60,634 bases of DNA, taken from IMG/VR virus record IMGVR_UViG_3300033142_002332, positions 1 to 60,634 of that record. One strand, 5' to 3'. How positions within the stretch are numbered: position 1 is the first letter of the stretch; the number at the start of each line of letters is the position of its first letter. The notes under the pieces are model-generated. The model did no database searches and was not told the origin of the DNA. It saw only the letters and a program-made list of their open reading frames with translations. A program made the position numbers and the translations under genes. The stretch comes from a virus. Taxonomy: Duplodnaviria > Caudoviricetes. Positions 48,901 to 59,193 of this stretch are shown here, piece by piece.

Positions 48901-49602
48901 GGAACAGCTAATAATTTTTCTATTTTGTTTCAAACTAATGGTACGGCGTTAGGTACATTTGATATTTCAAATATATTAGGGTTAATGATAGGACAGGAAA
49001 TAAAGATAATAGATAACAATACTTCTGCTATATTCGGGTTCATAACTAACATAACAGCCTCTGGTCCTTCTGGACCCTATAATATAGAGATAAGAGATTC
49101 TAGATCTGGAGGATCTTTATTAGATTTGTCTAACTATACTATAGATAATGATGCTTATATTTTTCCTAGAAATTTACTTAATTTTCCTACAGTTAGATAC
49201 CATGGGTTAGATGCTTATACTTATTACACTGGTTTGTTACAAAAAGTTCAATGGACAATAGACGGCAAAGAAGACGATCAAGAAAACTATCCAGGAGTCA
49301 AAGCTGCTGGGACTCAAATTGAAGTAAAACCACCTTCAACTAACAGAATTCAAGTTGTTGTTGATGTTACAACTATAGACGGTGTTTCTTTATCTTCTAT
49401 TCAAGAGGATATTAAGTCAGTTATTTCAAATTATATAAATAATCTTGGAGTGTCAGACGATGTAATTGTTTCAGAAATTACTAATGTTGTAATGGATGTT
49501 TCAGGTGTTTACGATGTCCAGGTACTTGAGCCTTCAGAAAATATTGCAGTAGGAGACGATGAAATAGTAAGGGTTTTTGGTAGCGATATAATTGTTGGAT
49601 GA
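45967..49602 (+). CDS. Baseplate wedge protein (J/gp6-like) with large insertions
   Basis: D.NPGSV..T..EA, G.DLD..A, G.DGN.PAG.I, G.DRESD.ELR, SRGT..AI, YINNLGV.DDV..SEI. Confidence 0.88.
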   Translation: MTFVSRDWRTILSEMISYISSNSPLSDINPGSVIATISEATSLEDAEQYFQMLEIIRNYSLNTTSGSDLDNRASEYNLEREEAKKSSTYVVIGDSAFVKVTTSIYSGLPGPKSGDTIIYGDDRYNFPTSSTLIIGRGTNNVETLSYSSIVEFSNYVRFDLSSALANDHGTDETIILSQGGNRVVSAGNKVKVSENDISAEVTYTIQNDVTLLDGEDELEDVFIVADVAGVDGNAPAGLINEFISLPFASASVINPDRVTNGKDRESDQELRDKIKLYTQSLSRGTENAILGEIVGLEDEDTNTRVVSANIIQTNALGLPSIVYIDDGTGFEPTYNGTGFETVITEATGGEKMLQSDVFPIVKAFVVSTNEEPFDMSGLTELIYSTNSISETVTFTASDFENSAQATAEEIARAINLRASLIESRTTDNGKKIFLTASSLTNENIQITGGTANDNIAFPTVENTTLFLYKNYRQLLSKDGSTASIESGNSENYSFIANDSLLIKIDGKTGHQVVVMNTLDTTAESVVSRVNLQLQGGTSIVSSNNIKTTIFSNTENSSESGIKIGRDCSVTSVSSDTIFSDVSLLNDFPYNNQLNGLRAYITSGTYSGNSQKIIAYNQLNGRITLDSSIGGFLSLGDTFVIDGLANGNIGNPSDTIGKLNFSTYQVSGKNKDYTLNRSQGQIELEDILQAGDIITAGTEYTKGQVVTNNTADYVFGVLSTLNVSIDKGIDQIISFSSGSYSAGQIVNIINDTLIGGIAYISFLNINKVVIETNQWSDGTGSIQITGGTSAPVFDFSSDEVASLRPHFPYLESQNKEDSNGASEYTFTDESNLVIVVDQISASPYTITMSQGGIVTLGGSGGAGTTFRDSSFVINFSNNDFFNNFFIKFTSGLNINEMDVISDYNGGLGEFTLTTGVSNAVSVSDTFVIIPRTAKNVSNFFQSTVITGLSLKAKIKETFDKAVIVSSLTPGSVGSINITGGTANNFSILFQTNGTALGTFDISNILGLMIGQEIKIIDNNTSAIFGFITNITASGPSGPYNIEIRDSRSGGSLLDLSNYTIDNDAYIFPRNLLNFPTVRYHGLDAYTYYTGLLQKVQWTIDGKEDDQENYPGVKAAGTQIEVKPPSTNRIQVVVDVTTIDGVSLSSIQEDIKSVISNYINNLGVSDDVIVSEITNVVMDVSGVYDVQVLEPSENIAVGDDEIVRVFGSDIIVG

Positions 49603-49633
49603 TTTTATAAATAACAACATATAGTTAGATATA

Positions 49634-51094
49634 ATGGATAAAAAAGAAAAAATTAAAAAAAGTATTCCTAGCTATTTTAAGCCGACTACAAATGTCATGT
49701 GGAAGACATTATTAAATGCTTATGGGACTGAAGACAATAATATTGTAACTCAAATAAGTGAAACAAAAAAGCAAATATTTGTAGATACAGCTGAAAAAGA
49801 ATATTTGGATGCATTAGGAGACAATGTCGCTGTTTTTAGGCCATTGGAACTTAACTTATCTGATGAAAAATATAGAGAATTAATAAAATTTTTAAGTTTT
49901 TATCCTAAGCAAGTTAAACATCTTATTTATAAAATATTAGATGTTTTTTATGCTGAAACTTTTGCTAGATTTAATCTTCAGACTCAGGTAAATGGACCCT
50001 TTGCTCTTTTTGGAGAAGAGACGCTTGTATTTAAAAATGAAAACGGATACACAACAACAATAACAAAAAAACTATTAGTAGATGGTGAAACTGATGGTCC
50101 TGGAACTATAAGAATCTCTAATACTTCTGGAATGTATTTAGGACAAACTGCTCAAATTAGTGATGATAACTCTCAAACTGAAATAGTAACTGTTATTGGT
50201 TTAACTAATACAGTAGCAACCTTATCTACTTCTACTAACATTTACACAACTAGCCAAAATGCAATAGTTTTTTTTGATACTTGTCAATATGTTACCTTTA
50301 AAGCTACTGATTTTGAAACTCCTGGATCTGCTACTGTAGATGAAACAGTTTTAGCTATAAATGAAAGAGCCGTAGGTGTGTCAGCAGAATCGATTTCTGC
50401 TGACACAAAAGTTAATCTAAGAACTAACACACCAGGATTAAAAGGAAGTATTGTTGTTTTAGGCGGGACTGCTAATGACGTTCTTCAGTTCTCTCTTTTA
50501 CCAGGCAGAGTTTTAAGGATAGAAATAAATGAAATAAAACCTAATGAAGTTGTAATAAGGATTCCATCTACTATACCAGCGCTTAGAAGGCAGCTTGAAG
50601 GATGCTTACATTTTCATTTGGATTCAACACTGACATCTGGCTGGCCAAGCTCATATCTATATAACCCTACTTTAATAGACTATACCGTCAATAAGACACA
50701 AACAACTTTAAATCAAAATATAACAGAAGGCCTTATTTATACACAGTTGTCAGTAACTGACTCTTCTTCTTTTCCTAATGAATCTGGAATATTAATGATA
50801 GGGTTTGGTAGAAACGGTATGGAATATCCTATTTCGTATATAGGAAGGCCTAATAATTCAACATTATTGATAGATCCTAGTTATCAGTTTACTAAAAACC
50901 ATCTATCAGGAGAGTCTATAAACATTATATTAAACGATGGAACTACTCCAAGAGGAAACGGTGAAGATTACCCTGTATACGCTGTTGGCATAGAAGCAGC
51001 AAGAACTCAGGTTCAAGATATAATTACAGGGATAGTAGCAGAAGGCGTTTTGATAAGATGGGTTATTGATTATCCTAGATGTGGAATTAGTTAA
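49634..51094 (+). CDS. Baseplate wedge partner (gp7/P2 gpI-like)
   Basis: VDTA..EYLD.LG....V.RP...SDE.YR..I and C-terminal IVAEGV. Confidence 0.65.
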   Translation: MDKKEKIKKSIPSYFKPTTNVMWKTLLNAYGTEDNNIVTQISETKKQIFVDTAEKEYLDALGDNVAVFRPLELNLSDEKYRELIKFLSFYPKQVKHLIYKILDVFYAETFARFNLQTQVNGPFALFGEETLVFKNENGYTTTITKKLLVDGETDGPGTIRISNTSGMYLGQTAQISDDNSQTEIVTVIGLTNTVATLSTSTNIYTTSQNAIVFFDTCQYVTFKATDFETPGSATVDETVLAINERAVGVSAESISADTKVNLRTNTPGLKGSIVVLGGTANDVLQFSLLPGRVLRIEINEIKPNEVVIRIPSTIPALRRQLEGCLHFHLDSTLTSGWPSSYLYNPTLIDYTVNKTQTTLNQNITEGLIYTQLSVTDSSSFPNESGILMIGFGRNGMEYPISYIGRPNNSTLLIDPSYQFTKNHLSGESINIILNDGTTPRGNGEDYPVYAVGIEAARTQVQDIITGIVAEGVLIRWVIDYPRCGIS

Positions 51095-51138
51095 TAATAT
51101 TAAAAACAGATCAGAGCAAGTATAAAAAGGATATAAAA

Positions 51139-53457
51139 ATGGGATATCAGAAAAAAATAAAACTTTGGCCTAATGAACGATTAGATTTACCTGATATACA
51201 GAATTTACAAGATTATTTTTATGAGTTTTTAGGTAAATCTAATCAAAACCTTACAGCTGCAACTCAATTTATTGTTTCTGGATTTGTTACTCAAAACAAT
51301 GGTGGAATTGATATTAAAATTGAGACTAAAGACAGTGTTGCTCTTAATATAGAAAGTAGCGGAACTGGTGTTGAGGGCATTTTGTTTATGGGATCTAACA
51401 ATGCTGCCGTAGATATCGATTTAATAAGTACATTAACAGATAACTCTACTAACTATATAGAAATAGAGTTATATGTTCAAGATTCTGCACCTGATACTAG
51501 AGCGTTTTGGGATCCAACTGCAAATTCTGGAGCTGGTGATGAATTTAATTCTGTAGTAAATACTTGCTCTAACGTTCAAGTAAGGCTAAGAATAAACACT
51601 GTAGCCTTTAGTTCCAATCCTGATTACATACCTGTGTCTAGAGTCGTAACATCTGGCGGTTCTATTTCAGATATTTATGACGAAAGACCTTTATTTTTTA
51701 GGTTAAATAGCGATTATTCTTGGCCTGATGGTAGAGCTATCCCCTCTAATACTTCTTTTAGTGGAGCAGATAAATCTATAACGCATTGGAAAGAATGGGT
51801 TGATTCGATAATGACGACCCTTAAAGAGATTAAGGGTAGTGAGTGGTACGAATCAACTTTTGGAAGCGTAAGTTTATCTGATTTATTACAAGATAGAAAC
51901 ATTACTTTAATAAAAGGTGATGATTGGGATTGGAACGAAGCAACTAATACTTTGTCTTTGGGGTCTATATCTTATTTAGATGTTCCTGGAATTTCTAGAG
52001 ATAGAAATAGAATTTTAGCAGGAAGCAATACAGACCTAGACGCAGACGGTAAATTGTTATATGTAGATATAAACAGAACCTCTGGTGCAATTGCAAATTT
52101 AACTATAAACTCATCTACTACTGAGGCCTTTGTTATAGACTCAGACAGGTTTGTTATTGCTAAAAGGGTTGATGATTTAATCGTTCTCTATAATGGTCAA
52201 ATTGTTTCAAGGCCTCACGTATATAACGAAACAGAATTTATAGAAGAAGGAAACGAATATGATTATGGAGACACCATTACTCTTCCTTTTGATAGCAAGT
52301 TATCTCCTCCAGCTGCAAGAAACTATAGAGTAGGTACTAATCAGCTTCAAATTTATATAAACGGAATAAGACAACATAATAAAAAAAGAATTCTTGTAGA
52401 TTCTATACTTCCACATCTTTTTTATGCTTATTTGCCACTTGAGGGATCTGTTCTTATTCCTCATTTGCCACCATTAGTTGAATATGATACTTCAGCTGTA
52501 AGAGTTGGTGATATTTTTCAAGATGGAAACGGAGTAGGTTTTAAAATATTAGGTGTTTTAGATAATATAGGCATCGGTGGTATTAAAATATTTAAAATAA
52601 ATAGCGGCCAAACAGTAAACACAACTTCACCAGGACAAATATATCGTAGAGATTATAAAGAAGATGGTACTGACTGGAGCTATCAAACAACTATAACTAT
52701 ATTAAAAAAAATACCTTCAAATGCAAGTATTCATTATCGTATTGATGATCTAGATAAGGCAGTTGCTGGCTCTTCTGGAGGAGGTGGAGGAGGAGCAAGT
52801 AACTTACAGGATGCTTATGATGGGGGAAGGACTATAGCAGTTTCTTCTGGAAACCCTATAGAAATATCTGGACCTCCTGGTGAGAAATTATTTAAAGTTA
52901 ATGGCGATATAGACATAACTGGAATAATTGACCCTAAAGGAATTACATTTGACCCTCAAGTTTCTAATCCAGGAGTTGGCTTAAATACACTTTATCTAAA
53001 TTCTGGTGGTGATTTAGTTTTAAATAACACTATATCAGGACTTGTTCAAAATATAAATGGAGGAGTTCCTTCTGTAGTATCATATACTAACGGAGGAATA
53101 TCATCTATTCCAAAAGGAAGGTTGTTTAAAAAAACAGGTCTTTCTTCTATTGATTTTGCTAATTGGACTACTTTAATAAATTCAGCAGTAGCAGGGATAA
53201 CTCTTGAAAATATTAATCAAGGAAATTCAGGAGAAACTAAAAGGTTTGGCGAATACATTCCGAATACAGTATTTGAGACAACTAGTTTTATAGAAGGAGT
53301 TTTGCCACAGGAAGGCTACTGGTTGTATCTAGGACCTGCAGATGGGAAGATGACTATAACGCCTCCGTCTCAAGGATCTGGGTATTCTCAAGTTCCTGTT
53401 GGAATTTGGGATAATGGAGGCTTAATCTTTAGTGTTTCTTTATGGGGGATTGCATGA
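51139..53457 (+). CDS. Baseplate/tail fibre attachment protein
   Basis: ERLDLPD N-terminus, I.DERP.FF, LQ.YING.RQ module, LQDAYDGG; follows wedge genes. Confidence 0.65.
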   Translation: MGYQKKIKLWPNERLDLPDIQNLQDYFYEFLGKSNQNLTAATQFIVSGFVTQNNGGIDIKIETKDSVALNIESSGTGVEGILFMGSNNAAVDIDLISTLTDNSTNYIEIELYVQDSAPDTRAFWDPTANSGAGDEFNSVVNTCSNVQVRLRINTVAFSSNPDYIPVSRVVTSGGSISDIYDERPLFFRLNSDYSWPDGRAIPSNTSFSGADKSITHWKEWVDSIMTTLKEIKGSEWYESTFGSVSLSDLLQDRNITLIKGDDWDWNEATNTLSLGSISYLDVPGISRDRNRILAGSNTDLDADGKLLYVDINRTSGAIANLTINSSTTEAFVIDSDRFVIAKRVDDLIVLYNGQIVSRPHVYNETEFIEEGNEYDYGDTITLPFDSKLSPPAARNYRVGTNQLQIYINGIRQHNKKRILVDSILPHLFYAYLPLEGSVLIPHLPPLVEYDTSAVRVGDIFQDGNGVGFKILGVLDNIGIGGIKIFKINSGQTVNTTSPGQIYRRDYKEDGTDWSYQTTITILKKIPSNASIHYRIDDLDKAVAGSSGGGGGGASNLQDAYDGGRTIAVSSGNPIEISGPPGEKLFKVNGDIDITGIIDPKGITFDPQVSNPGVGLNTLYLNSGGDLVLNNTISGLVQNINGGVPSVVSYTNGGISSIPKGRLFKKTGLSSIDFANWTTLINSAVAGITLENINQGNSGETKRFGEYIPNTVFETTSFIEGVLPQEGYWLYLGPADGKMTITPPSQGSGYSQVPVGIWDNGGLIFSVSLWGIA

Positions 53458-53666
53458 TAAGTGACAAAAAAGAACAATTAAAAGAAAAAATTGAATTTAA
53501 AGAAGATATGTTAATAATAAATGACGAAGAGCTATTAAAAGATATAAAGAAAGACATAAGAAGCATCTCAAATTATGTTAAAAAGAAAATAAAAATTATA
53601 AATAATAAACTTAACAATCAAACTGACGTTAAATTCATTATTCAATTTGTTAAAAAACCTAACTGA
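53442..53666 (+). CDS. Hypothetical protein
   Basis: Short ORF overlapping the previous stop; likely start 53454. Confidence 0.4.
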   Translation: MGDCMISDKKEQLKEKIEFKEDMLIINDEELLKDIKKDIRSISNYVKKKIKIINNKLNNQTDVKFIIQFVKKPN

Positions 53667-53677
53667 AAGGGTATATT

Positions 53678-55267
53678 ATGGCTAGCATTACAAAATTAAG
53701 AGGAATGTCGGGCGGGATTCCTACAACATTAGATTTAACAAGTACATCTGATGTTTTTCAATTTTACGCAGTTCAAATTGATGTCGTAACAGCATCTAAG
53801 CCTGCAAAATTTGATTCGAATAAACAGTTTACTTCTGGAGACATTAATTTAACTTCTGAGGTGACAGGTTCTTTGCCTGACAGTAACTTAGCAACTATTA
53901 CCACGGGAAATAAAGTATCTGGTTCTGCTGTTCAATTAAGTGGAGACAGTACGATTGTTAATGATACAGGGCTAGAAGTAGGCACTAATCTTGCGAATGC
54001 TAACATAGATGCTTCTGCGGCGATAGCTGTTTCTAAGTTAGCTGCCTTAACAGCGTCTAGAGCTGTTGTATCTGATGGATCTGGTTTTATCAGTGCATCA
54101 TCAGTAACATCAACAGAAATAGGATATGTTAGTGGATCTACATCTAATATTCAAACACAATTAAATGCTCTTTCTTCTGGATATTCAAGACGTAAAATGG
54201 TTCTTGATTATATAGTTGATAATACTGCAGTTCCTCCTACTGAAGTTTCAGGAGATAGATATATCCTTTCTCATGATGGTGGCTCACCTCATGCAGAATG
54301 GGACGGTGCAGCGGTTGGCGATATAGTTGAGTTTAATGGAGCAACTTGGGATGATACAACACCACAAGAAGGTTGGAGACTTTATGACGATGATTCCAAT
54401 CAAGATTATTTGTGGGTTGATGATGGAACAGGTCAATGGGAAGCAAGAGCTATTGACAGTCAAGCGTTAAGTGATGGAAAAGTATGGATAGGTGATGCAT
54501 CAAATGATGCTCAAGAAAAAACACTGTCAGGTGATGTTACGATTAGCAATACTGGTGTTGCTGCTATTGGATCTGGCGTAATTGTTAATGACGATGTTAA
54601 TGCTTCAGCTGCAATTGTAGAGAGTAAATTATCTCTTGATTATGCTACAGGAACATTAAATACATCTATAACAAATCATACTGGTGATGGAACCATTCAC
54701 TTTACAATGCTTGATGAAGATGATTTAACAAGCGATAGTGATACGCAAGCAGCTACACAACAAAGCATAAAAGCTTATGTTGATAGTGCTGTATCTGGAG
54801 CTGCTCCAGATTCTCTTGATTTTAGTAGAGTTGCTGGTGAATCATTTGCAGCTAACTCTACTTTTATAGTCAGATATGCAATATCAGGAGACACAGCTGG
54901 CAGAGTTTACAAGTGTACTTCTGATGAAGAAAATGCGGCAGGAAAACATTATGCTATAGGAGCAGTTCAAACTACTGGAGCTATTAGTGTAGCGGATCCT
55001 GTAATAGTCATAAAATTCCAGCAAGGAGTTACTCTAAAATCTGGAGATACAGTAATAGGAGCAAGTTCTGCAGATCAAGGTAAGCCTATATTTTTAAATA
55101 AGGCTGGAGTTATGAGTCTAGATCCTGATGCTGGCATTACAACTGGTGAAAAGTATGCTTCAAGAATCGTTGGTATTCTTGAAGAGTATAACGCTACTAG
55201 CACGAGTGAAAAAATTACTATAGATATAGCAGCTGGATCATTTTTTGGAATAGATTTAGGAGCTTAA
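53678..55267 (+). CDS. Tail fibre protein with DUF2793-like domain
   Basis: AAIA.SKL repeats, TSNIQTQLN, PP....GDRYI....W......I.E.....W....P.EGW, LSGDVTISNTGV. Confidence 0.7.
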   Translation: MASITKLRGMSGGIPTTLDLTSTSDVFQFYAVQIDVVTASKPAKFDSNKQFTSGDINLTSEVTGSLPDSNLATITTGNKVSGSAVQLSGDSTIVNDTGLEVGTNLANANIDASAAIAVSKLAALTASRAVVSDGSGFISASSVTSTEIGYVSGSTSNIQTQLNALSSGYSRRKMVLDYIVDNTAVPPTEVSGDRYILSHDGGSPHAEWDGAAVGDIVEFNGATWDDTTPQEGWRLYDDDSNQDYLWVDDGTGQWEARAIDSQALSDGKVWIGDASNDAQEKTLSGDVTISNTGVAAIGSGVIVNDDVNASAAIVESKLSLDYATGTLNTSITNHTGDGTIHFTMLDEDDLTSDSDTQAATQQSIKAYVDSAVSGAAPDSLDFSRVAGESFAANSTFIVRYAISGDTAGRVYKCTSDEENAAGKHYAIGAVQTTGAISVADPVIVIKFQQGVTLKSGDTVIGASSADQGKPIFLNKAGVMSLDPDAGITTGEKYASRIVGILEEYNATSTSEKITIDIAAGSFFGIDLGA

Positions 55268-55276
55268 CGAATAAGC

Positions 55277-55314
55277 TAGTTGGCTGTAAGTTGTTTAATA
55301 TTTACAGCCAACTA
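55277..55314 (+). terminator. Stem-loop after fibre gene
   Basis: 13-bp stem TAGTTGGCTGTAA / TTACAGCCAACTA. Confidence 0.7.
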
Positions 55315-55347
55315 ATGATTGATTCATTTATAGGATACCATTAAAAA

Positions 55348-55665
55348 ATGAGCAATTCAACTAGATTTATAAACGGAGTTCCAACAGCTGTTACTACATT
55401 TTTAATACATTATGATGAAAGTATTCTTGTAACTACTGAAATAGGAGTTTCAGGAACAGGATATAACGCTGCGCATACAGAATTTACATTGCCTAATGGT
55501 GAAACTTATGATGGAACAACAAGTGAGCTATTAGTAGAAATAAATGGATTAGGTCAGGTAGAAGGCATTACTTTTAACTATGGAATAAGCGAATCTGAAT
55601 CAAAGATTACATTTATAACTGCTATTCCAAAGAATGCTAGGATTAGATTTATTAAAATAGTTTAA
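55348..55665 (+). CDS. Small tail-fibre adaptor-type protein
   Basis: Single LLVEING..Q....ITF...IP....I.F module, also seen in 51139 and 55827. Confidence 0.55.
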   Translation: MSNSTRFINGVPTAVTTFLIHYDESILVTTEIGVSGTGYNAAHTEFTLPNGETYDGTTSELLVEINGLGQVEGITFNYGISESESKITFITAIPKNARIRFIKIV

Positions 55666-55823
55666 TGAAAAAATATAAAAAACCATTAAAACATTGTCAT
55701 GAACAAGGTAATTGTAAAAGATTATGCTTTATAATAGATAAGGAAGAAAATAAAACTTTTTATTGTTCTGTTCATGGAGATTACTTTGTTTCTAAGTGCG
55801 TTAAAAAAGTGATAAGGAGATAA
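55665..55823 (+). CDS. 52-aa Cys/His-rich protein not in the ORF track
   Basis: MKKYKKPLKHCHEQGNCKRLC...FYCSVHGDYF...; TAATG overlap with the previous gene; fills the gap to 55827. Confidence 0.55.
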   Translation: MKKYKKPLKHCHEQGNCKRLCFIIDKEENKTFYCSVHGDYFVSKCVKKVIRR

Positions 55824-55826
55824 AGA

Positions 55827-58115
55827 ATGGGCGGTGTACAGCTTAATCAATTAAATGATGATGTTGCAAGAAGCAAGCTCTCAACTATAGCAGGAGAAGA
55901 GCTTGACAACTTAATGACATTGCTTAATGATAAGCTAGATTTTCCTATAGATATAAGTATTTCAGGTTATGTTATTACTATAGAGGCAGGAATTAAACAA
56001 AAACTAGAGTCTGATAGTTTAGACGGAACTCAAAACTCTTTTAAATGGAGACTTCCTCATATAGAAAGCGTGTCTATAGATCCAGCTGAATCTACAATAG
56101 ATTTATCAGATGGGTCTACTACTGGCGATTTTATAAACAACCCGTCTTCATCTGTTTCACTTACCTCTAGCTATTACATACAAATGGGAGTTGAGCTACG
56201 ACAAGACGGTAAGTATTACGTTATATGGGGAGACGAAGCGGCTACTTCAGGAGCAACAACTTTTCCAGGATTTTCTAAAAGCAAGGCTATACCTGTATTT
56301 ATAGGAATCCTACAAGATGATGGGACAGGAGGAACTTGGAACCTTAGCTCTCCTTCTAAATCAGATATCCAAATAATGAAAGGCGCTGCAGGAGGCGGAG
56401 GAGGTGCTGGAGGAGCAGGATTAGGAAGCGATTTAGGAGATCTTTTATATAGAGCTTCTTTTGAAGATAGTTTTAGCGATAAAGATTTAATAGATGAAAA
56501 CTCTGGTAAAACTACAGGTATTTTCGATGCATCTAACGAATATTTTAAAATATCTTATGATGCAGATAAAACAGGAACAACAACAGGGACTAGTTTAGTT
56601 GTAAGTGCCGCTCCAGCTTATACTGTAGCTATAGGCGATATAATTTGGACTACTATAAGTTCTAACAAAGAAGCTAGAAAAATTACAGCTCTAGGTTCAA
56701 TAAATACTGATGGAGGATCAGGCACTCCAGCAACAATTGAAATTGCATTTAGTGGTGATATAACAGTTGAGTCTTGTTGTATAAGTCAAGCTGTTCATAC
56801 TGTTGATATGCTTAACTACATAGATACTTCGGATGAAGAAAGTCAGAGGTTATCTCATAGAGTAGGACATATTGCTTTAACTAACGTTAGTAACGGCGTC
56901 TCTGATAGTGTCGATCATAGTGAATCTTCCGATTGGCTGACTCCAGCAACTGACGACATTGTTTTAAAAGATGTAAGCGGTACTTTATTTGAAACGACAA
57001 TTACTTCTATAACTGATTCAGATACGTTTGTTCTTGCTGATACTACTGGTTTTAGTGGTGATGGAGATGGAGCGATAGTAACTCCACTATCTAAATACTT
57101 ACTAAATTATCTAGATAGTGGATTTGTTGGAAACATAGATGTTGTTGCACAGGTTATAACGAGTAGCGATTCTGCTTCAAATTGGAGTGATGAACCAGCG
57201 ATATCTAGAAAACAAAATTATCAAGATGAATTACAAGAAAACACTATAAGCGGAACGTCTGGAGCTCATTTATATAGTAGGTTTTTTGCTAACAAAACAA
57301 GTGGTAGCGGAGAGGTTAAGTTATATGAATATCAATCGTTTTTTATAGATGAGTTAAATCAAGCTAACGGTGGAATACATCAACAGGCGTCGGGTAGAAC
57401 GGATGGCGTTGGAACCGAGATTAATTGTTCTCTCTCTGTAGTTGCAACTAAAACAAGAATTACGTTTACTGATGAATTTCCTGGTTTTATACCTGGAGTA
57501 AATCCAGGTAAAACACATGGTGAGTTAATAGTTATTTTAAACGGAAGTCACATTCCTAGATTTGTTGATTCAACTATAACAAACAATGAGTACTATAACG
57601 AAGATAGTAACGGTAGTTATATTGATCTAGATCAAGATTACTCTGGGTCTGCTTATGAGTTTACTGTTTTAAAGATGCTTGGGACTAAAGATACAAGTTC
57701 AGATAATGCAGCTAAACTTGGAAGTATTAGATACGTTGGAACAGATTACTCTACGATAGAAGCAGCTGTAGCTGGATCTATAGCTGGAGATAAGATAATA
57801 ATTCAAAACAATACTTATTTATTATCTTCTAACATAGTAGTAGATAAGCAATTAGTTATAGAGTTTCAGCCAGGAGTTATTTTAGATGGATCGGCAGCAG
57901 GTACTAAAGGTTTTAGTGTAACAGCGGATGACGTTATTTTTAAAATGAATGGTGCTTTGATGCAAGATTGGGATTCGGGAAGTGATTACTCTATATATTA
58001 TGAAACTGGAGCTGATAGAGGAAAAGTACAAAATGGAAGATTTTCTTCTACTAATGATAATGACATTTTTGTTCAGCCTGATACAGCTGTTACAGATTGT
58101 ATAGGGAACATTTAA
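55827..58115 (+). CDS. Tail fibre/spike protein with short C-terminal beta-helix
   Basis: Gly linker GAAGGGGGAGG; DYSTIEAAVA....GDKI.I...TY start of pectin-lyase-like fold. Confidence 0.65.
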   Translation: MGGVQLNQLNDDVARSKLSTIAGEELDNLMTLLNDKLDFPIDISISGYVITIEAGIKQKLESDSLDGTQNSFKWRLPHIESVSIDPAESTIDLSDGSTTGDFINNPSSSVSLTSSYYIQMGVELRQDGKYYVIWGDEAATSGATTFPGFSKSKAIPVFIGILQDDGTGGTWNLSSPSKSDIQIMKGAAGGGGGAGGAGLGSDLGDLLYRASFEDSFSDKDLIDENSGKTTGIFDASNEYFKISYDADKTGTTTGTSLVVSAAPAYTVAIGDIIWTTISSNKEARKITALGSINTDGGSGTPATIEIAFSGDITVESCCISQAVHTVDMLNYIDTSDEESQRLSHRVGHIALTNVSNGVSDSVDHSESSDWLTPATDDIVLKDVSGTLFETTITSITDSDTFVLADTTGFSGDGDGAIVTPLSKYLLNYLDSGFVGNIDVVAQVITSSDSASNWSDEPAISRKQNYQDELQENTISGTSGAHLYSRFFANKTSGSGEVKLYEYQSFFIDELNQANGGIHQQASGRTDGVGTEINCSLSVVATKTRITFTDEFPGFIPGVNPGKTHGELIVILNGSHIPRFVDSTITNNEYYNEDSNGSYIDLDQDYSGSAYEFTVLKMLGTKDTSSDNAAKLGSIRYVGTDYSTIEAAVAGSIAGDKIIIQNNTYLLSSNIVVDKQLVIEFQPGVILDGSAAGTKGFSVTADDVIFKMNGALMQDWDSGSDYSIYYETGADRGKVQNGRFSSTNDNDIFVQPDTAVTDCIGNI

Positions 58116-58126
58116 GGAGATAGTTT

Positions 58127-59173
58127 ATGCCTAACTTAGGTCTAAAAAGTAATTATGTAGATCCCAACATATTAAACGACTTTAATTCTAATATTATTCA
58201 TAATCCTATTATGCAAATAAGTCGTAGAGGTAATTTTTCTGTTGCTGTTAGTGGTGTGAATGATAGGATTCATCATGATAGATGGAAAATGCAACTTGGA
58301 GCAGTTTCTGGAACTTATCAAGAAAATAGTAGTTCTCAGCCTTCTGAATTACCAGGAAGTAAATCAATCAAAGTAACTGCAACAAGCACAGCAACAGGAG
58401 ATCTAGGGATACTTCAAAAGATTGAAGAATACTATCATTTTGACGGAAAACAATTAACTTTTTCTGCTTATGTTAAATCGAATCATTTAGAAGCTAGACT
58501 TCTTATTTATGATGGATCTTCTTATGTTGCAGTATCAAATGCTCATACTGGAGGAGGAGGATGGGAAAGGTTAAGTGGTACTTTTACTTATAGCTCAAGC
58601 GGACAATTGCTAGCTATTGTAGCAATAAAAGGAGCTCCATCAGGAGTCCTTGTTCCCATAACCTCTGGTGATTATATTGAAACTACAGGCGTTCAATTAA
58701 CTAATGGTAGTTTTTTATTACCTTTTCAACACAGGTCTAGAGCAATCGAAGAAAGAATTTGTGATAGATATTGTTTAGCGTTTATAGACTTTTTTTCTCC
58801 AGGATACCATATCCATAATATAGCTGGGGTAGATCCAAATATTTGGAGTGTTAATAATGTTCCTGGGTTTCTTAAACTTGCAGCTAATGAACTCTTTACA
58901 GCGAGCAGACTACTACTCGTTAACCATTTTTCTGCTTTATACAGAGGACCTACTGTTTATGCTTTTGATATAGCTTCTCTTACGAATGGAGGAACGTCTT
59001 TGAAATTAAGTTTTAGTTATCCTCATAAAGCAGGATTAAATAATGTTTCGGTTATTTCACTTTACGTAAACCTCACCCAGGTAGGTTTTTATGAAGCTTC
59101 TCCCTCAGGTATGACTTCAGGAGCTACAGGAGCAGCAATCGGACATGTTGTTTTTGATGCAGATATACTTTAA
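58127..59173 (+). CDS. Receptor-binding/tail fibre protein with carbohydrate-binding module
   Basis: N.I.NP..QISRRG...DRW, GKQLTFSAYVKS, HTGGGGWERL, GVQL..G....PF.HR....E...C.RY. Confidence 0.7.
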   Translation: MPNLGLKSNYVDPNILNDFNSNIIHNPIMQISRRGNFSVAVSGVNDRIHHDRWKMQLGAVSGTYQENSSSQPSELPGSKSIKVTATSTATGDLGILQKIEEYYHFDGKQLTFSAYVKSNHLEARLLIYDGSSYVAVSNAHTGGGGWERLSGTFTYSSSGQLLAIVAIKGAPSGVLVPITSGDYIETTGVQLTNGSFLLPFQHRSRAIEERICDRYCLAFIDFFSPGYHIHNIAGVDPNIWSVNNVPGFLKLAANELFTASRLLLVNHFSALYRGPTVYAFDIASLTNGGTSLKLSFSYPHKAGLNNVSVISLYVNLTQVGFYEASPSGMTSGATGAAIGHVVFDADIL

Positions 59174-59193
59174 ATAATAATAGGAGGTAAGCT

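Noticed and set aside
2152-51902. Short antisense or nested ORFs in the track (e.g. 2152-2397, 13544-13816, 34692-35285, 47496-47735)
   Set aside because: They shadow well-supported genes, lack RBS and motifs, and have composition expected from antisense reading.
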